From the NCBI GenBank assembly GCA_034422455.1, contig DAOUJQ010000013.1:98110-162109 (forward strand): a stretch of DNA of 64,000 bases, written 5' to 3'. The notes beneath the pieces were generated by a model. The model did no database searches. It saw only the letters and a program-made list of their open reading frames with translations, and was not told where the DNA came from. Positions 28,062-38,507 of the stretch are shown here, in pieces. Source of the stretch: Dehalococcoidia bacterium (GTDB taxonomy: Bacteria > Chloroflexota > Dehalococcoidia > Lucifugimonadales > UBA1127). Both the position numbers and the translations under genes were made by a program. The stretch's first letter is position 1. Every line of letters begins with the position of its first letter.

Positions 28062-29591
28062 CTAGCCTCTTTGGGCGGCCAGCTGCTCCTCCAGCAGTTC
28101 GTTCACCATCGCCGGGGCGGCCCGGCCCCGCGTCGCCTTCATCACCTGGCCCACCAGGAACTTGGCCGCGTTCTCCTTGCCGCCCAGCCAGTCCTGCACC
28201 GCCTGCGGGTTGCCGTCGATCGCCTCCCGCACGGCGGCCAGTATCGCGTCCGAGTCCGTCACCTGCGACAGTCCCTTGGCCTCCACCACCTGCCTGGGGC
28301 TCCCGCCGTCCTCGAACATGGCCTCCAGCGCCTGCTTGGCCTGCGTGCTGCTGACGGTGCGGTCGTCGACCAGGTCCACGAGCTCCGACAGCGCCGTCGC
28401 GGTCACCTTGCTCTCCCACGGCTCCAGCCCCGCCAGGTTCAGCAGCCGCGCCAGCTCCGAGTTCACCAGGTTCGCGACGGCCTTTGCCCGCGCCTGCAGC
28501 GCATCGCCCTCCAGCGCCCGCGCGCCGACGGCTTCCTCGTAGTAGTCCGCCGTCTGGCGGCTCGCGGTCAGCAACGAGGCATCGTATGCCGAGAGCCCGT
28601 ACTCGCGCTGCATCCGCTCGCGCCGGGCGTCGGGCAGCTCCGGGAGGCTCTCGCGGACCTCATCGACCCACTCGCGGGAGATCAGCAGCGGGGGCAGGTC
28701 GGGCTCCGGCAGGTAGCGGTAGTCGTTGGCGTACTCCTTGGAGCGCTGCGATACCGTGACCCCCTGGTCCTCCAGCCAGCCGCGCGTCTCCTGCGACACG
28801 CGCCCGCCGCTCTCCAGCACCTCTATCTGCCGCTGGATCTCGTACTCCAGCGACCGGTGGACGGAGCGGAAGCTGTTCATGTTCTTGACTTCCACCTTGA
28901 CGCCGTACTCCGTGGAGCCCTTGGGCCGCACGGACACGTTGGCGTCGCACCGGAAGCTGCCCTGTTCCATGTCCGCCGTCGAGACGCCGATGTACCGCAG
29001 GATGGAGCGCAGCTTCACCAGGTACTGGCGGGCCTCGTCCGGGCTCCGCAGGTCGGGCTCGCCGACGACCTCCATGAGGGGCACGCCGGCACGGTTCACG
29101 TCCATGAGCGCGTAGCCGGACCCGGCGCCGTCGCGGGCGTGCTGCAGCTTGGCGACGTCCTCCTCCAGGTGCGCCCGCGTGATGCCGACGTTGCGCGTCT
29201 CGCCGTCGCTCTCGATGGCCATCCAGCCGCCGTACGAGATGGGGTTCTCGTACTGCGAGATCTGGTAGCCCTTCATCAGGTCCGGGTAGGAGTAGTTCTT
29301 CCGGTCGAACTGCGCGAACTCGCCGATGGAGCAGTTGAGGGCCAGCCCCGTGCGGATGACGTGCTCCACGGCCTGCTTGTTGATGACCGGCAGCACGCCC
29401 GGCATGGCGAGGCAGACCGGGCAGACGCCGGTGTTCGGCTCGTTGTCCTGGTAGTCGGCCGGGCACGAACAGAACATCTTGCTCCTGGTGAGCAGCTGCG
29501 CGTGCACCTCGAGGCCGATGACCGGTTCCCACTCCACGGGGTCGCTCCTTGCGGCGCCGCACACCATGCGATGGCGGCGGGTTTCAACCAT
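28062..29591 (-). CDS. gatB: Asp-tRNA(Asn)/Glu-tRNA(Gln) amidotransferase subunit B
   Basis: [32 protein letters not shown]-terminal YqeY-like tail. Start 29591 or 29567. Confidence 0.9.
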   Translation of the reverse strand: MVETRRHRMVCGAARSDPVEWEPVIGLEVHAQLLTRSKMFCSCPADYQDNEPNTGVCPVCLAMPGVLPVINKQAVEHVIRTGLALNCSIGEFAQFDRKNYSYPDLMKGYQISQYENPISYGGWMAIESDGETRNVGITRAHLEEDVAKLQHARDGAGSGYALMDVNRAGVPLMEVVGEPDLRSPDEARQYLVKLRSILRYIGVSTADMEQGSFRCDANVSVRPKGSTEYGVKVEVKNMNSFRSVHRSLEYEIQRQIEVLESGGRVSQETRGWLEDQGVTVSQRSKEYANDYRYLPEPDLPPLLISREWVDEVRESLPELPDARRERMQREYGLSAYDASLLTASRQTADYYEEAVGARALEGDALQARAKAVANLVNSELARLLNLAGLEPWESKVTATALSELVDLVDDRTVSSTQAKQALEAMFEDGGSPRQVVEAKGLSQVTDSDAILAAVREAIDGNPQAVQDWLGGKENAAKFLVGQVMKATRGRAAPAMVNELLEEQLAAQRG

Positions 29592-29702
29592 TCAAGTATA
29601 CGTTTGGCAGCTTGCGGCGGGCAAGGCGGATGCATTGACACCCCCACCCCCACAGACTAGCCTTGGGCAAGGTTTCTGGCCACTCGCTGGAGGCGCCATT
29701 CG

Positions 29703-31718
29703 ATGCTGACGTTCCGCTACTCCCACTGGGACGGCTCCCAGCAGGTCTTCGACCCGGACAGGGACGACCTCATGGAGGCCCTGGCCGACGACCTGATGGA
29801 GCACGGCGACATCAACCGCGCCCTGCGCGACATGCTCCGCCGCGGGATGCAGATGCCCGACGGCCAGCGCCTCGATGGCCTCCGCGACCTCATGGAGCGC
29901 CTGCGCAGGCAGCGGCAGGAGCAGCTCCAGCGCTATAACCTCGACAACACGATGGAGAGCCTCAGGGAGAAGCTGAAGGACGTCCTCGACACCGAGCGCC
30001 AGGGCATGGACCGCCGCCTGCAGGAGACGGAAGAGCGGCGCGGCGAGCCCGGTGAGGACCCCACGAAGGACCAGCTCGTCGAGAACCTGCGCCGGCAGGT
30101 CGAGCGCAACAAGGAGTCGCTCGACGCCCTGCCGGAGAGCCTCGGCGGCGCCATCCGCGAACTGAACGAGAACTACGAGTTCATGGACCCGGACGCCGCC
30201 CAGAAGTTCCAGGAGCTCATGGACGAGCTCCGCGGCCAGATGGCCAGCAACATGGTGCAGAACATGCGCCAGAACCTCCAGAACATGACCCCCGGCGACA
30301 TGTCGGGCGTCCGCCAGATGCTCCGCGACCTGAACGATATGCTGGAGACCGGTGGAGAGCCGGACTTCCAGCGGTTCATGGAGAAGTACGGCAGCATGTT
30401 CGGCCCCAACCCGCCGGAGTCGCTGCAGGAGCTGCTGGAGCACATGCGCCGCCAGATGGCGCAGATGGACTCGCTCCTGAACTCGCTGTCAGAGGAGCAG
30501 CGCCGGGAGCTCATGGACCTCATGGAATCGCTCATCGACGACGAAACGGCGCGGGAGCTGGCGCGGCTATCGTCGCTGATGTCGCAGTTCCTCCCGCCGG
30601 ACGACATGGGCCAGCGCTACCCGTTCATGGGCGATGACCCCCTCGACCTGCAGGAAGCGATGCAGCTCATGGGCCACCTGCAGGACATGGACGATCTGGA
30701 GCGGCAGCTGCAGGCCGTCATGCGCCGCGGCAACCTGGACGATCTTGACCTCGACGAGATCGAGCGGCTGCTGGGCGAGGAGGCCCGCCGCGACTTGGAG
30801 CACCTGAAGGACATCGCCCGGATGCTGGAGGAGGCCGGCTACATCCGCAGCAACGGCGACCGCATGGAGCTCACGCCGCGCGGCATCCGCAAGATCGGCC
30901 AGAAGGCCCTCAAGGAGGTCTTCGCCAACCTGAAGAAGGACCGCCTCGCCAACCATGAGCTGTATGAGACCGGCCTGACCGGCGACCTCTCCGGCGCGAC
31001 GCGCCAGCACCAGTTCGGCGATCCCTTCGACATCTCGCTGGAGCGGACGCTGAGCAACGCCATCGTCCGCAACGGCCCCGGCACGCCCGTGCGCGTGCTG
31101 CCCGGCGACTTCGAGTTGGTCGAGCGGGAGCAAGCCACGCAGGCCGCCACGTGCGTGCTGCTGGACCAGAGCCGCTCCATGGGCCACTGGGGAAGCTGGT
31201 CGTCGGCCAAGAAGGTGGCGCTGGCCCTCATCGCGCTGGTGCGCAGCAAGTTCCCGCGCGACGCCATCTACCTCATCGGCTTCTCGGACTACGGCCGGCG
31301 CATCCCGGAGGAGGCCCTGCCGGAGACGTCGTGGAACGCGTGGGTGTCCGGCACCAACATGCAGCACGCGCTGATGATGTCGCGGAAGCTGCTGAGCTAC
31401 CACAAGGGCGCGACGCGGCAGGTCATCATGATCACGGACGGCGAGCCCACCGCGCACATGGAGGGCGACTACGCGGCGTTCAGCTACCCGCCCAGCTTCC
31501 GCACGATGCAGGAGACGCTGAAGGAGGTGCGCCGCTGCACTCAGGAGGGCGTGACCATCAACACCTTCATGCTGGAGTCCAACCCCTACCTGCTGGACTT
31601 CGTCGACAAGCTGACGCGCATCAACCGGGGGCGGGCGTTCTACACGAGCCCGTACCAGCTCGGCGAGTACGTGCTTGTCGACTACATCAACAACCGCCGG
31701 AAGCGCGTGACGGCGTAG
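29703..31718 (+). CDS. von Willebrand factor A domain protein with long acidic helical N-region
   Basis: C-terminal VWA with MIDAS-like LLDQSRSMG and VIMITDGEPT. No MoxR-type ATPase partner in the window. Confidence 0.7.
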   Translation: MLTFRYSHWDGSQQVFDPDRDDLMEALADDLMEHGDINRALRDMLRRGMQMPDGQRLDGLRDLMERLRRQRQEQLQRYNLDNTMESLREKLKDVLDTERQGMDRRLQETEERRGEPGEDPTKDQLVENLRRQVERNKESLDALPESLGGAIRELNENYEFMDPDAAQKFQELMDELRGQMASNMVQNMRQNLQNMTPGDMSGVRQMLRDLNDMLETGGEPDFQRFMEKYGSMFGPNPPESLQELLEHMRRQMAQMDSLLNSLSEEQRRELMDLMESLIDDETARELARLSSLMSQFLPPDDMGQRYPFMGDDPLDLQEAMQLMGHLQDMDDLERQLQAVMRRGNLDDLDLDEIERLLGEEARRDLEHLKDIARMLEEAGYIRSNGDRMELTPRGIRKIGQKALKEVFANLKKDRLANHELYETGLTGDLSGATRQHQFGDPFDISLERTLSNAIVRNGPGTPVRVLPGDFELVEREQATQAATCVLLDQSRSMGHWGSWSSAKKVALALIALVRSKFPRDAIYLIGFSDYGRRIPEEALPETSWNAWVSGTNMQHALMMSRKLLSYHKGATRQVIMITDGEPTAHMEGDYAAFSYPPSFRTMQETLKEVRRCTQEGVTINTFMLESNPYLLDFVDKLTRINRGRAFYTSPYQLGEYVLVDYINNRRKRVTA

Positions 31719-31821
31719 AGAGTGCCCTGCGGCCCTTCCACAGGCTCAGGGCGACGGGATGATAAGTAAGAGGGACGCCCGCTTGGGCGTCCCTCTTGAC
31801 GTTCTGGATTAGTCGTGCGGC

Positions 31822-32688
31822 CTAGATCATCAGCGCGTCGAAGACGTCCTCTGCCCTGCGCGTGTGCGCGTTGACCGTCGCGGTTGCCATCCGCTGCTCC
31901 AGCGGCACCGAGTCCGGGTCCTGGTAGATGAGGCCAAGCGGCAGCCCGGGGCTGTCGACGATGGCCATGGCCGCGCTGCGGTCCGTCGTGTCGTGGTCGC
32001 CCGGCACGTCGTAGATGACCGGCGCGATGCCCTTGGCCGGGTCGCCCTTCAGCACGTCGTAGGTGTTGTTGTACGTCGTGCACGGGGACTGCACGTGCAC
32101 GATGGCGAAGCCGGGGTGCTCCATGCCCTGCAGGATGAGGTCCGCCATCTCGCGCACCTTGGATGAGAAGCCAGACGCCACGAAGGAGACGCCCAGCGTC
32201 ATGTACAGGTGCAGCGGGCTGATCTGCGCCTCCACCTTGCCGTAGGGGGTGGAGGAGGTGACGGTGCCTTCCACCGTCGTAGGCGAGCTCTGCCCCTTGG
32301 TCAGGCCGTAGACGCCGTTGTCCATGATGACGGCGCAGACGTTCAGGTTGCGGGCGGCCTGTGGCGCGATGTGCTCCCCGCCGATGCTCAGGAAGTCGCC
32401 GTCGCCGGCCACCACCACCACATTCAGCTCCGGGTTGCCCATCTTCACGCCCATCGCCAGCGGCAGCGATCGGCCGTGGATGCCGTGGAAGCCGTAGGGC
32501 TGCTGCCCCTCGAGCAGGTGCACGAGGTTGCCGGAACAGCCGATGCCCGCCACCACGACGTTGCGCTCGATGGGCATCTCCGTCTTGACCATCCACTTCT
32601 GCATGGCCATTTCGAGCGCCCGGCGCACGCCGAAGTCGCCGCAGCCGGGGCACCACTTGAAGTCGTATTCCGGGTTCTTCTTGCTCAT
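31822..32688 (-). CDS. korB: 2-oxoacid:ferredoxin oxidoreductase, beta subunit
   Basis: FKWCPGCGDFGV, GIGCSG, TPP-binding VVVAGDGDFLSIGG. Confidence 0.9.
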   Translation of the reverse strand: MSKKNPEYDFKWCPGCGDFGVRRALEMAMQKWMVKTEMPIERNVVVAGIGCSGNLVHLLEGQQPYGFHGIHGRSLPLAMGVKMGNPELNVVVVAGDGDFLSIGGEHIAPQAARNLNVCAVIMDNGVYGLTKGQSSPTTVEGTVTSSTPYGKVEAQISPLHLYMTLGVSFVASGFSSKVREMADLILQGMEHPGFAIVHVQSPCTTYNNTYDVLKGDPAKGIAPVIYDVPGDHDTTDRSAAMAIVDSPGLPLGLIYQDPDSVPLEQRMATATVNAHTRRAEDVFDALMI

Positions 32689-34400
32689 ACGTTCACCATC
32701 CCTCGCGTCCCCGCGCCCAGCCGGTCCTCCAGCTGCCGCGCCAGGTCCCTCACGTTGAACGGCAGCCCCGTGTACTGCGTGATGGACTCCGCCTTCACGC
32801 CCAGGGACCGCAGATAGCTTGAAAACTGGCCCTGGAAGTTGAGCTCCGGCACAACCACCAGTTCCTTCTGCAGCAGCTCCTCCAGGAGCTTGGCCGGCAG
32901 CGGGTGCAGGTACATGGTGTAGTACCAGGCCACGCTCAGGCCGTCGGCCTCCAGGATCTCGTACGCTTCCTCAGTCGGGCCCTTGGAGCCGCCCCACGGC
33001 ATGACCGCGACGGGGGAGTCGGTGTTGCGGGCCTCGTACTCGCCGTCCTCCAACAGGCCGAGCTTGGAGAAGCGGCGCTCCATCATGTGGACGTGGCGGT
33101 GGGGGAGGTGTGTGGTGTCGCCGAAGGGGTCGTGCTCGCTCGCGTTTGCGATGTAGGGGCCTGGGCCGCCGGGGAGGGGCATGGGGGAGATTCCGCGCTC
33201 TTCGTATCGGAGGTAACCGTTGTCGCCCTTGTAGACCTCTCGGTTCTCGACATGGACCTTGGTCACGTCCGGCCGCGGGATGTTCTGCGCTCGCTCTGCC
33301 AGCATCTGCTCGCTCAGCAGGATGACCGGGCCCTGGTAGCGCTCGGCCCAGTTGAAGGCGCTCACCGTGGCGTAGAAGCACTCCTCCACCGTTCCCGGCG
33401 CGATGACCGGGATGGCCGAGTCGCCGTGGGCCGGGTGCAGCGCCACCTGGAAGTCCGACTGCTCCGTCTTGGTCGGCAGGCCGGTTGCCGGGCCGCCGCG
33501 CTGCACGTTGACCAGCACGTAGGGGATCTCCGTCATCCAGGACATGCCGACGGCCTCGCTCATGAGCGAGAGCCCGGGGCCGGACGTGGCCGTCATCGCC
33601 TTCTTGCCGGAGTAGCCGGCGCCGATGACGGCGTTGATGGCCTCGATCTCGGAGCTGGCCTGGTACGCGAAGTTGCCCTCGCCGGCCAGGTTGCGCTCCA
33701 TGAAGACGAGGATCGGCGTGGCCGGCGAAATGGGGTAGCCGACGTAGAAGCTGATGCCCGCCGCCAGCGCGCCCGCCGAGATGGCCTCGTTGCCTTTGAT
33801 GAGCACCTGGGGATACTCGGGCTTCTGCGGCGGCGAGAGCTCGGCCAGCACAAAGCCGCTGGCTGCCGCGTGGCTGCGGCCCAGGAGCATCGCCTCGATG
33901 TTCGAGCGGATGATCTCGTCGTCCCCTGCGCGGCCCCTGGAGAACCGCTTGGTGACGAACTCGTCCAGGAACTCCTGCGGCATGTTCACCAGGTGCGCAA
34001 AGGCGCCGATGACCACCATGTTCTCGGCGCGCGCGTTGCCGGTGGACTTCGCCAGCTCCTCGAAGGGGATGCCGAAGCTCTTGCCGTCGCCGTCCAACTG
34101 GAAGTCGCCAAGGTTGTAGATGATGACCCCGTCCGCCGCCACCTCGTCCTTGTGGGTGTCGTACGCCTCCCGGTTGAAGCAGACCAGCACGTCTATCTGG
34201 TCGCCGGAGCTGCGCACGGGCCGCGTGGAGATGCGGGTCTGCGTCCAGGTGGGCCCGCCGAGGATCTGCGAAGGGAAGGTGGAGAACGTCTGCACGTGAA
34301 AGCCCGCCATGGACGCGGCCTGGGCGAGACCGTCAGCGGAAGTGACCATGCCCTGGCCGCCCTCTCCCGCGAACCGGATGATGAAATCGTCTCGCTTCAA
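32685..34400 (-). CDS. korA: 2-oxoacid:ferredoxin oxidoreductase, alpha (gamma-alpha fused) subunit
   Basis: IIRFAGEGGQGMVT gamma-type N-terminus followed by the alpha domain (YPISPATPIL). TTG 34400 is preceded by GGGAGGT and preferred over the track start 34457. Confidence 0.85.
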   Translation of the reverse strand: MKRDDFIIRFAGEGGQGMVTSADGLAQAASMAGFHVQTFSTFPSQILGGPTWTQTRISTRPVRSSGDQIDVLVCFNREAYDTHKDEVAADGVIIYNLGDFQLDGDGKSFGIPFEELAKSTGNARAENMVVIGAFAHLVNMPQEFLDEFVTKRFSRGRAGDDEIIRSNIEAMLLGRSHAAASGFVLAELSPPQKPEYPQVLIKGNEAISAGALAAGISFYVGYPISPATPILVFMERNLAGEGNFAYQASSEIEAINAVIGAGYSGKKAMTATSGPGLSLMSEAVGMSWMTEIPYVLVNVQRGGPATGLPTKTEQSDFQVALHPAHGDSAIPVIAPGTVEECFYATVSAFNWAERYQGPVILLSEQMLAERAQNIPRPDVTKVHVENREVYKGDNGYLRYEERGISPMPLPGGPGPYIANASEHDPFGDTTHLPHRHVHMMERRFSKLGLLEDGEYEARNTDSPVAVMPWGGSKGPTEEAYEILEADGLSVAWYYTMYLHPLPAKLLEELLQKELVVVPELNFQGQFSSYLRSLGVKAESITQYTGLPFNVRDLARQLEDRLGAGTRGMVNV

Positions 34401-34797
34401 TTGGACCTCCCATGCCCTGCTGCATCCGTGCCCGGCGCACCCGTGGCGGTCGCTCACGCGCGACCGGCGAGGAGTGGAAGGCAGCCGTACACGTGGCGCA
34501 AATCAGGGTCCTCAGGGCGCCAGCCGACGAACACCAACGTATCGTTCATCGGTTGCAACCCCGCCAGCCAACGTACCATCGGGCATTGAGCATTGTCAAC
34601 CAAAATTCGTATGTGCACAGCTTCACAATCACCTTTATTTTGCGGAATTCGTCGCGGTTGAAGCGCGCCCCTGCGGAGTCGTGACGGCGGACGCCGGTAC
34701 CGGTCGATTTGGGGAACGGGAGCAGTTTCGGCGCTCTTTTGCGCACCCGTGGCCGTGCTCGAACGCAGTGGAATGTCGCGCCCCTGCGGCCTGCCAG

Positions 34798-34839
34798 ATC
34801 CGTTCGCCCTGAAGCCCTCGAAGGGTCAATGGAACGGAT
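34798..34839 (+). repeat. solitary R1 hairpin repeat
   Basis: ATCCGTTCGCCCTGAAGCCCTCGAAGGGTCAATGGAACGGAT, with outer stem ATCCGTTC/GAACGGAT. Confidence 0.85.
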
Positions 34840-34981
34840 TGGGCAGGCCTGAGGAGGGTCGACCCTGCCGGAGACCGTTCTCTGGTTGGGAATGCGGTAT
34901 GCGGCTGGCTTTGCGGCAATTGGTCCTGCGCCGTTCCGGCTATGCTATGATGCAGCCACAGCTAGTCGCGTGGAGGCAGGT

Positions 34982-35503
34982 GTGCCCGGCCCGAAGAACG
35001 ACCTGGGGAGAGCGATCACCCTGAGCGCCGACGCCGTCGGCGAGCCCGGCAACCGCCGGTTCCGCCTGCTGGTGGAGGCCGAGAACGGCGAGGCATGCCT
35101 GTGGCTGGAGAAGGAGCAGCTTTTCCAGCTGGCCATCGCCATCCAGCGGCTGCTCTCCACGATGGACATGTCCGCCACCGGCGAGCCCACCAAGCTGCCG
35201 GCACGGTCCAGCGACGCCTACCACGAGTTCAAGGTGGGCCGGCTCATGATCAATGAGGAGGTCCGCGGCCCCATCCTCAACCTGCTGGCCAAGGACGAGG
35301 ATGAAGACGAGCGCGCGGAGGCGACGGTGGGGACGCTGGTGGACCTGGACCAGCTCAAGGCCCTGTCGGAGCGGGCCTTCGTCGTATGCGCGGCGGGGCG
35401 GCCGCGGTGCCCCCTGTGCGGCACGCCAATGGGGCCGGAGGGTCATCAGTGCATGCGCACCAACGGCTACCACCGGGAGCTGATGGAAGACCTTCCCCGG
35501 TGA
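34982..35503 (+). CDS. DUF3090-family protein
   Basis: AVGEPGNRRFRLLVEAENG..LWLEKEQL and C-terminal CPLCGTPMGPEGHQCMRTNGYH. GGAGG lies 5 nt before GTG 34982. Confidence 0.65.
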   Translation: MPGPKNDLGRAITLSADAVGEPGNRRFRLLVEAENGEACLWLEKEQLFQLAIAIQRLLSTMDMSATGEPTKLPARSSDAYHEFKVGRLMINEEVRGPILNLLAKDEDEDERAEATVGTLVDLDQLKALSERAFVVCAAGRPRCPLCGTPMGPEGHQCMRTNGYHRELMEDLPR

Positions 35504-35539
35504 ATGGCCCCCGGCCAAGGCGTTGCGGCTGTCCCCGGC

Positions 35540-36010
35540 CTAGCCCATGCGGTCAGGGTGCGAGGTCCACGCCGCGGGCGGCGTGAGCCGCTCGCGTTCC
35601 GGCTTCCGGGTGCTGCGCACAATCGCCAGCACGACGATGGCCGCGATTGCGCCCACAGCGGCCCCCAGCGGCTGGAACAGCACGAACGGGTAGCCGGGCC
35701 GAACGGCGTCGAGGATCGCGGGGAACCCGCCCGCGGCGGTGCCCGCCAGGGCGCCGATGCCCCCCCAGATGAGCTGTTCCAGCGTGGAGGAGAGGCGCTC
35801 CTGTACGCGCTGCGTGCGGACGGCCCAGTCCGGCCAGTCCATGTTGGGACGCGGCGGCTGGAGCTGCGAGCGGATCCGGCGCTCCATGACCGGCGCCGGG
35901 TCCTCGGCGGGAGTCTCCTCGATGGTCGTCTCCTCGACGGGACGGCGGCCATAGAGGGTGGAAGACCCACGGGATGGGGAAAACGCGGACTCAATACGCG
36001 GTTGCTGCAT
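35540..36010 (-). CDS. hypothetical membrane protein
   Basis: GGAGG lies 6 nt before ATG 36010. Has C-terminal hydrophobic segments. No family recognised. Confidence 0.5.
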   Translation of the reverse strand: MQQPRIESAFSPSRGSSTLYGRRPVEETTIEETPAEDPAPVMERRIRSQLQPPRPNMDWPDWAVRTQRVQERLSSTLEQLIWGGIGALAGTAAGGFPAILDAVRPGYPFVLFQPLGAAVGAIAAIVVLAIVRSTRKPERERLTPPAAWTSHPDRMG

Positions 36011-36155
36011 GAATGCCTCCTATCTACTCGGCACCGTGGCGCGTCACGGCGTTGCCGCGCGCGGCGTTTCCCGCTAGCAATGCTAGCCTGTCAAGTCAGT
36101 ATACGCCCTCAGGTGCAAAAGTCAAACGAGGGCGCTCTGCGTCCCTGCGCCGGCG

Positions 36156-36815
36156 CTAGGCCGTCGCCTTCTCGAGGAGCGCCTGCGGGTTCGTCTCGAG
36201 GATGGCCTTGAACTCGCCCTTGGAGAGTCCTGAGCCGATGACGATCTGCCGCGCCAGCTCCTCCGTCAGCAGGTCGCCCGGCCCGTGCGCGTCCGAGTCC
36301 ACGACCAGGTTGGCGCCGACGGACATGGCCGTGCGGGCGACGTGGCCGTTCGTCAGGCTGTGTCCGGCCCGCGCCGACAGCTCCAGGTAGATGCCCGCCT
36401 GTCGCGCGATGTCGGCCTCCTCCTCGGTGATCATCCCCGGGTGCACCAGGATGTCGACGTCCGTGCTCTCCAGCGCGGCGCGGTTCGTGCCCCCCGCCAC
36501 CGGCTCCTTGATCGTCTCGCCGTGCACCAGCACCAGCCTGGCCCCGTTCGCCTTGGCGCGCCGCGCCGCCTCCGCGATCCGGTGCGGCGGCACGTGTGTC
36601 AGCTCGACGCCCGGCACGACGGTGATGCCCATGTTCTCCGTCGCCTCCGCGCACTCCTTCACCAGGATGTCCAGCACCCGCTCCTGGTCGTTGATGCCCG
36701 CGTGGTCCGTCACGGCCATCGCGGTGTAGCCGTTCGTGACCGCCCGCCGGATGAGCTCGATCGGCGAGAGCACGCCGTCGCTCAGGAACGTGTGTGAGTG
36801 AAAGTCGAAGAGCAT
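36156..36815 (-). CDS. PHP-domain metal-dependent phosphoesterase
   Basis: MLFDFHSHTFLSDG, VTDHAG, ..DSDAHGPGDL. Confidence 0.8.
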   Translation of the reverse strand: MLFDFHSHTFLSDGVLSPIELIRRAVTNGYTAMAVTDHAGINDQERVLDILVKECAEATENMGITVVPGVELTHVPPHRIAEAARRAKANGARLVLVHGETIKEPVAGGTNRAALESTDVDILVHPGMITEEEADIARQAGIYLELSARAGHSLTNGHVARTAMSVGANLVVDSDAHGPGDLLTEELARQIVIGSGLSKGEFKAILETNPQALLEKATA

Positions 36816-36922
36816 GTGACCTCCCGGTATGGCGCTCAGATACGGCCTGCGCTTCTATGATAGTGCATGCCCGGCTATTTTGTGGAGTATACTGGCGGCA
36901 TCTCGCCCTCCGGAGGTGCGCC

Positions 36923-37759
36923 GTGACCGAGTCATCCGCCGGATACGCCAGGCCTGAGCTCCTCGCCGAACCCGGCTGGCTGGAGGAACACCTGGACGAC
37001 CCCAACGTGCGCGTCATCGACTGCGCCAACTTTGACCTCTACCAGAAGGCGCACATCCGCGGGGCCGTTGGCCTGCGGGTCAACCCCTTCATCAAGGACG
37101 CCAACGACTCCGTGCACGTCATGCCGCCAGACCAGTTCGCCGCGCTCATGGGCGGCCTGGGCGTCGGGCCGGACACCACCGTCGTCTCCTACGACACCGC
37201 CGGCGGCGTGCCCGCATCGCGCATGTGGTGGGTGCTCAACTACTACGGCCACACCAACGCCAGGGTGCTCAACGGCGGCTGGGAGCGCTGGTTCCACGAG
37301 GGCCGCCCTATCTCCCGCGACGTCCCGTCGCCTTCGCCCGCCGCCTTCACGCCTGTGACCAACGACTCGCTGGTGTGCTCCCTCGATTATGGTAAGGAGC
37401 ACGTCGGCAACGGGAACGTGCTCTTCCTGGACGTGCGCACGGACGGCGAATGGACCGGCGAGAACTCACGGGGCAACAAGCGCATCGGCCACGTGCCCGG
37501 CGCCGTCCACCTTGAGTGGACCAACTTCATGAACCCGGAGCCGGACCGCTCGTGGAAGTCGGCGGAGGAGCTCCGCGCCATCCTGGCGGAGGCGGGGGTC
37601 ACGCCCGACAAGGAAGTGATCACCTACTGACAGGGCGGCATCCGTGCGGCGCACGGACTGCTGACCCTCCGGCTGCTGGGCTACGACAACGTCCGCAACT
37701 ACGACGGCTCCATGAGCGAGTGGGCCAACCGCGACGACACCGCCCTGACGACGGAGTAA
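36923..37759 (+). CDS. two-domain rhodanese (thiosulfate/3-mercaptopyruvate sulfurtransferase-like) with in-frame TGA (37628-37630) at the catalytic Cys position; candidate selenoprotein
   Basis: GGAGGTG before GTG 36923. The reading continues EVITY-TGA-QGGIRAAHGLLTLRLLGYDNVRNYDGSMSEWA..TTE-TAA(37757). The active-site loop CxxGxR has TGA in place of Cys. A hairpin lies at 37638-37661. Confidence 0.65.
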
Positions 37760-38025
37760 CCCCCACCCGTTCGTCCCCTTTGCGTCGTTCCCGCGAAGGC
37801 GGGAACCCAGAGGGGCAGGGTGGCGCGGGGAATCCTTGTTCGCCTTGCACAGCGCCCGTTCGCCCTGAGCCTGTCGAAGGGCCCCTCGAACGGACATCCG
37901 CCTCCATCTCGTCGTTCCTGCGCAGGCAGAGCCTGCCCCTGCGAAGGCAGGGGAACCCAGAGGGGCCGGGTGGCGCGGGCCAACTCCGTTCGCCCTGAGC
38001 TTGTCGAAGGGGGCGAACGGCCACG
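37760..38025 (+). repeat. repeat cluster IV (short R2, R1, long R2, R1)
   Basis: GTCGTTCCCGCGAAGGCGGGAACCCAGAGGGGC; CCCGTTCGCCCTGAGCCTGTCGAAGGG..CGAACGG; long R2 at 37908; R1 at 37984. Confidence 0.9.
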
Positions 38026-38053
38026 CCCCGGCAGGTGCTACACTGGCCCCGCC

Positions 38054-38440
38054 ATGCCCAAGCAGCGCTACTACCTCGCCGTCTTCGGCAACCCCTGGCT
38101 TCCCGGCCACGTCACCGTGGAGGAGGGCCACTTCGGCGTAAACGCCGGGTGGCCGAAGACCATCGCGCCCGGCGACCGCGTCCTCCTCTACTGCACCGGC
38201 ACCTACGCGCGCTACCCGCAGTCCGTGCCCGGCGTCGGCGTCGTAGAGGAGGTCGACCACGCGGAGCGCAGCTTCTACTTCGCCTACCGCTCGCTGTCGA
38301 GCCCGCTGCCGCTGGAAGACCTGCGCCTAGCCTTCCAGCCCCGGGACCGGGAGAAGCTCGCCAACATCCGCTTCAACAACCACTGGCTGTTCGAGATAAC
38401 GGCGGCGTCATACCGGCGGGCGGTCAAGGGGCTGCTCTAG
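38054..38440 (+). CDS. hypothetical protein (possibly a PUA-like fold; unsupported)
   Basis: 128-aa ORF with codon-like GC3 bias, bracketed by repeat clusters on both sides. No motif recognised with confidence. Confidence 0.45.
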   Translation: MPKQRYYLAVFGNPWLPGHVTVEEGHFGVNAGWPKTIAPGDRVLLYCTGTYARYPQSVPGVGVVEEVDHAERSFYFAYRSLSSPLPLEDLRLAFQPRDREKLANIRFNNHWLFEITAASYRRAVKGLL

Positions 38441-38507
38441 CGACCGTTCGCCCTGAGCCTGTCCTGAGGCTCTCGAAGGGCTTGTCGAAGGGTCTCACGA
38501 ACGGTCG
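38441..38507 (+). repeat. R1 repeat with internal duplication
   Basis: CGACCGTTCGCCCTGAGCCTGTCCTGAGGCTCTCGAAGGGCTTGTCGAAGGGTCTCACGAACGGTCG. A 10-bp outer stem. Supplies the last codons and stop of the gene at 38495..39187. Confidence 0.9.
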
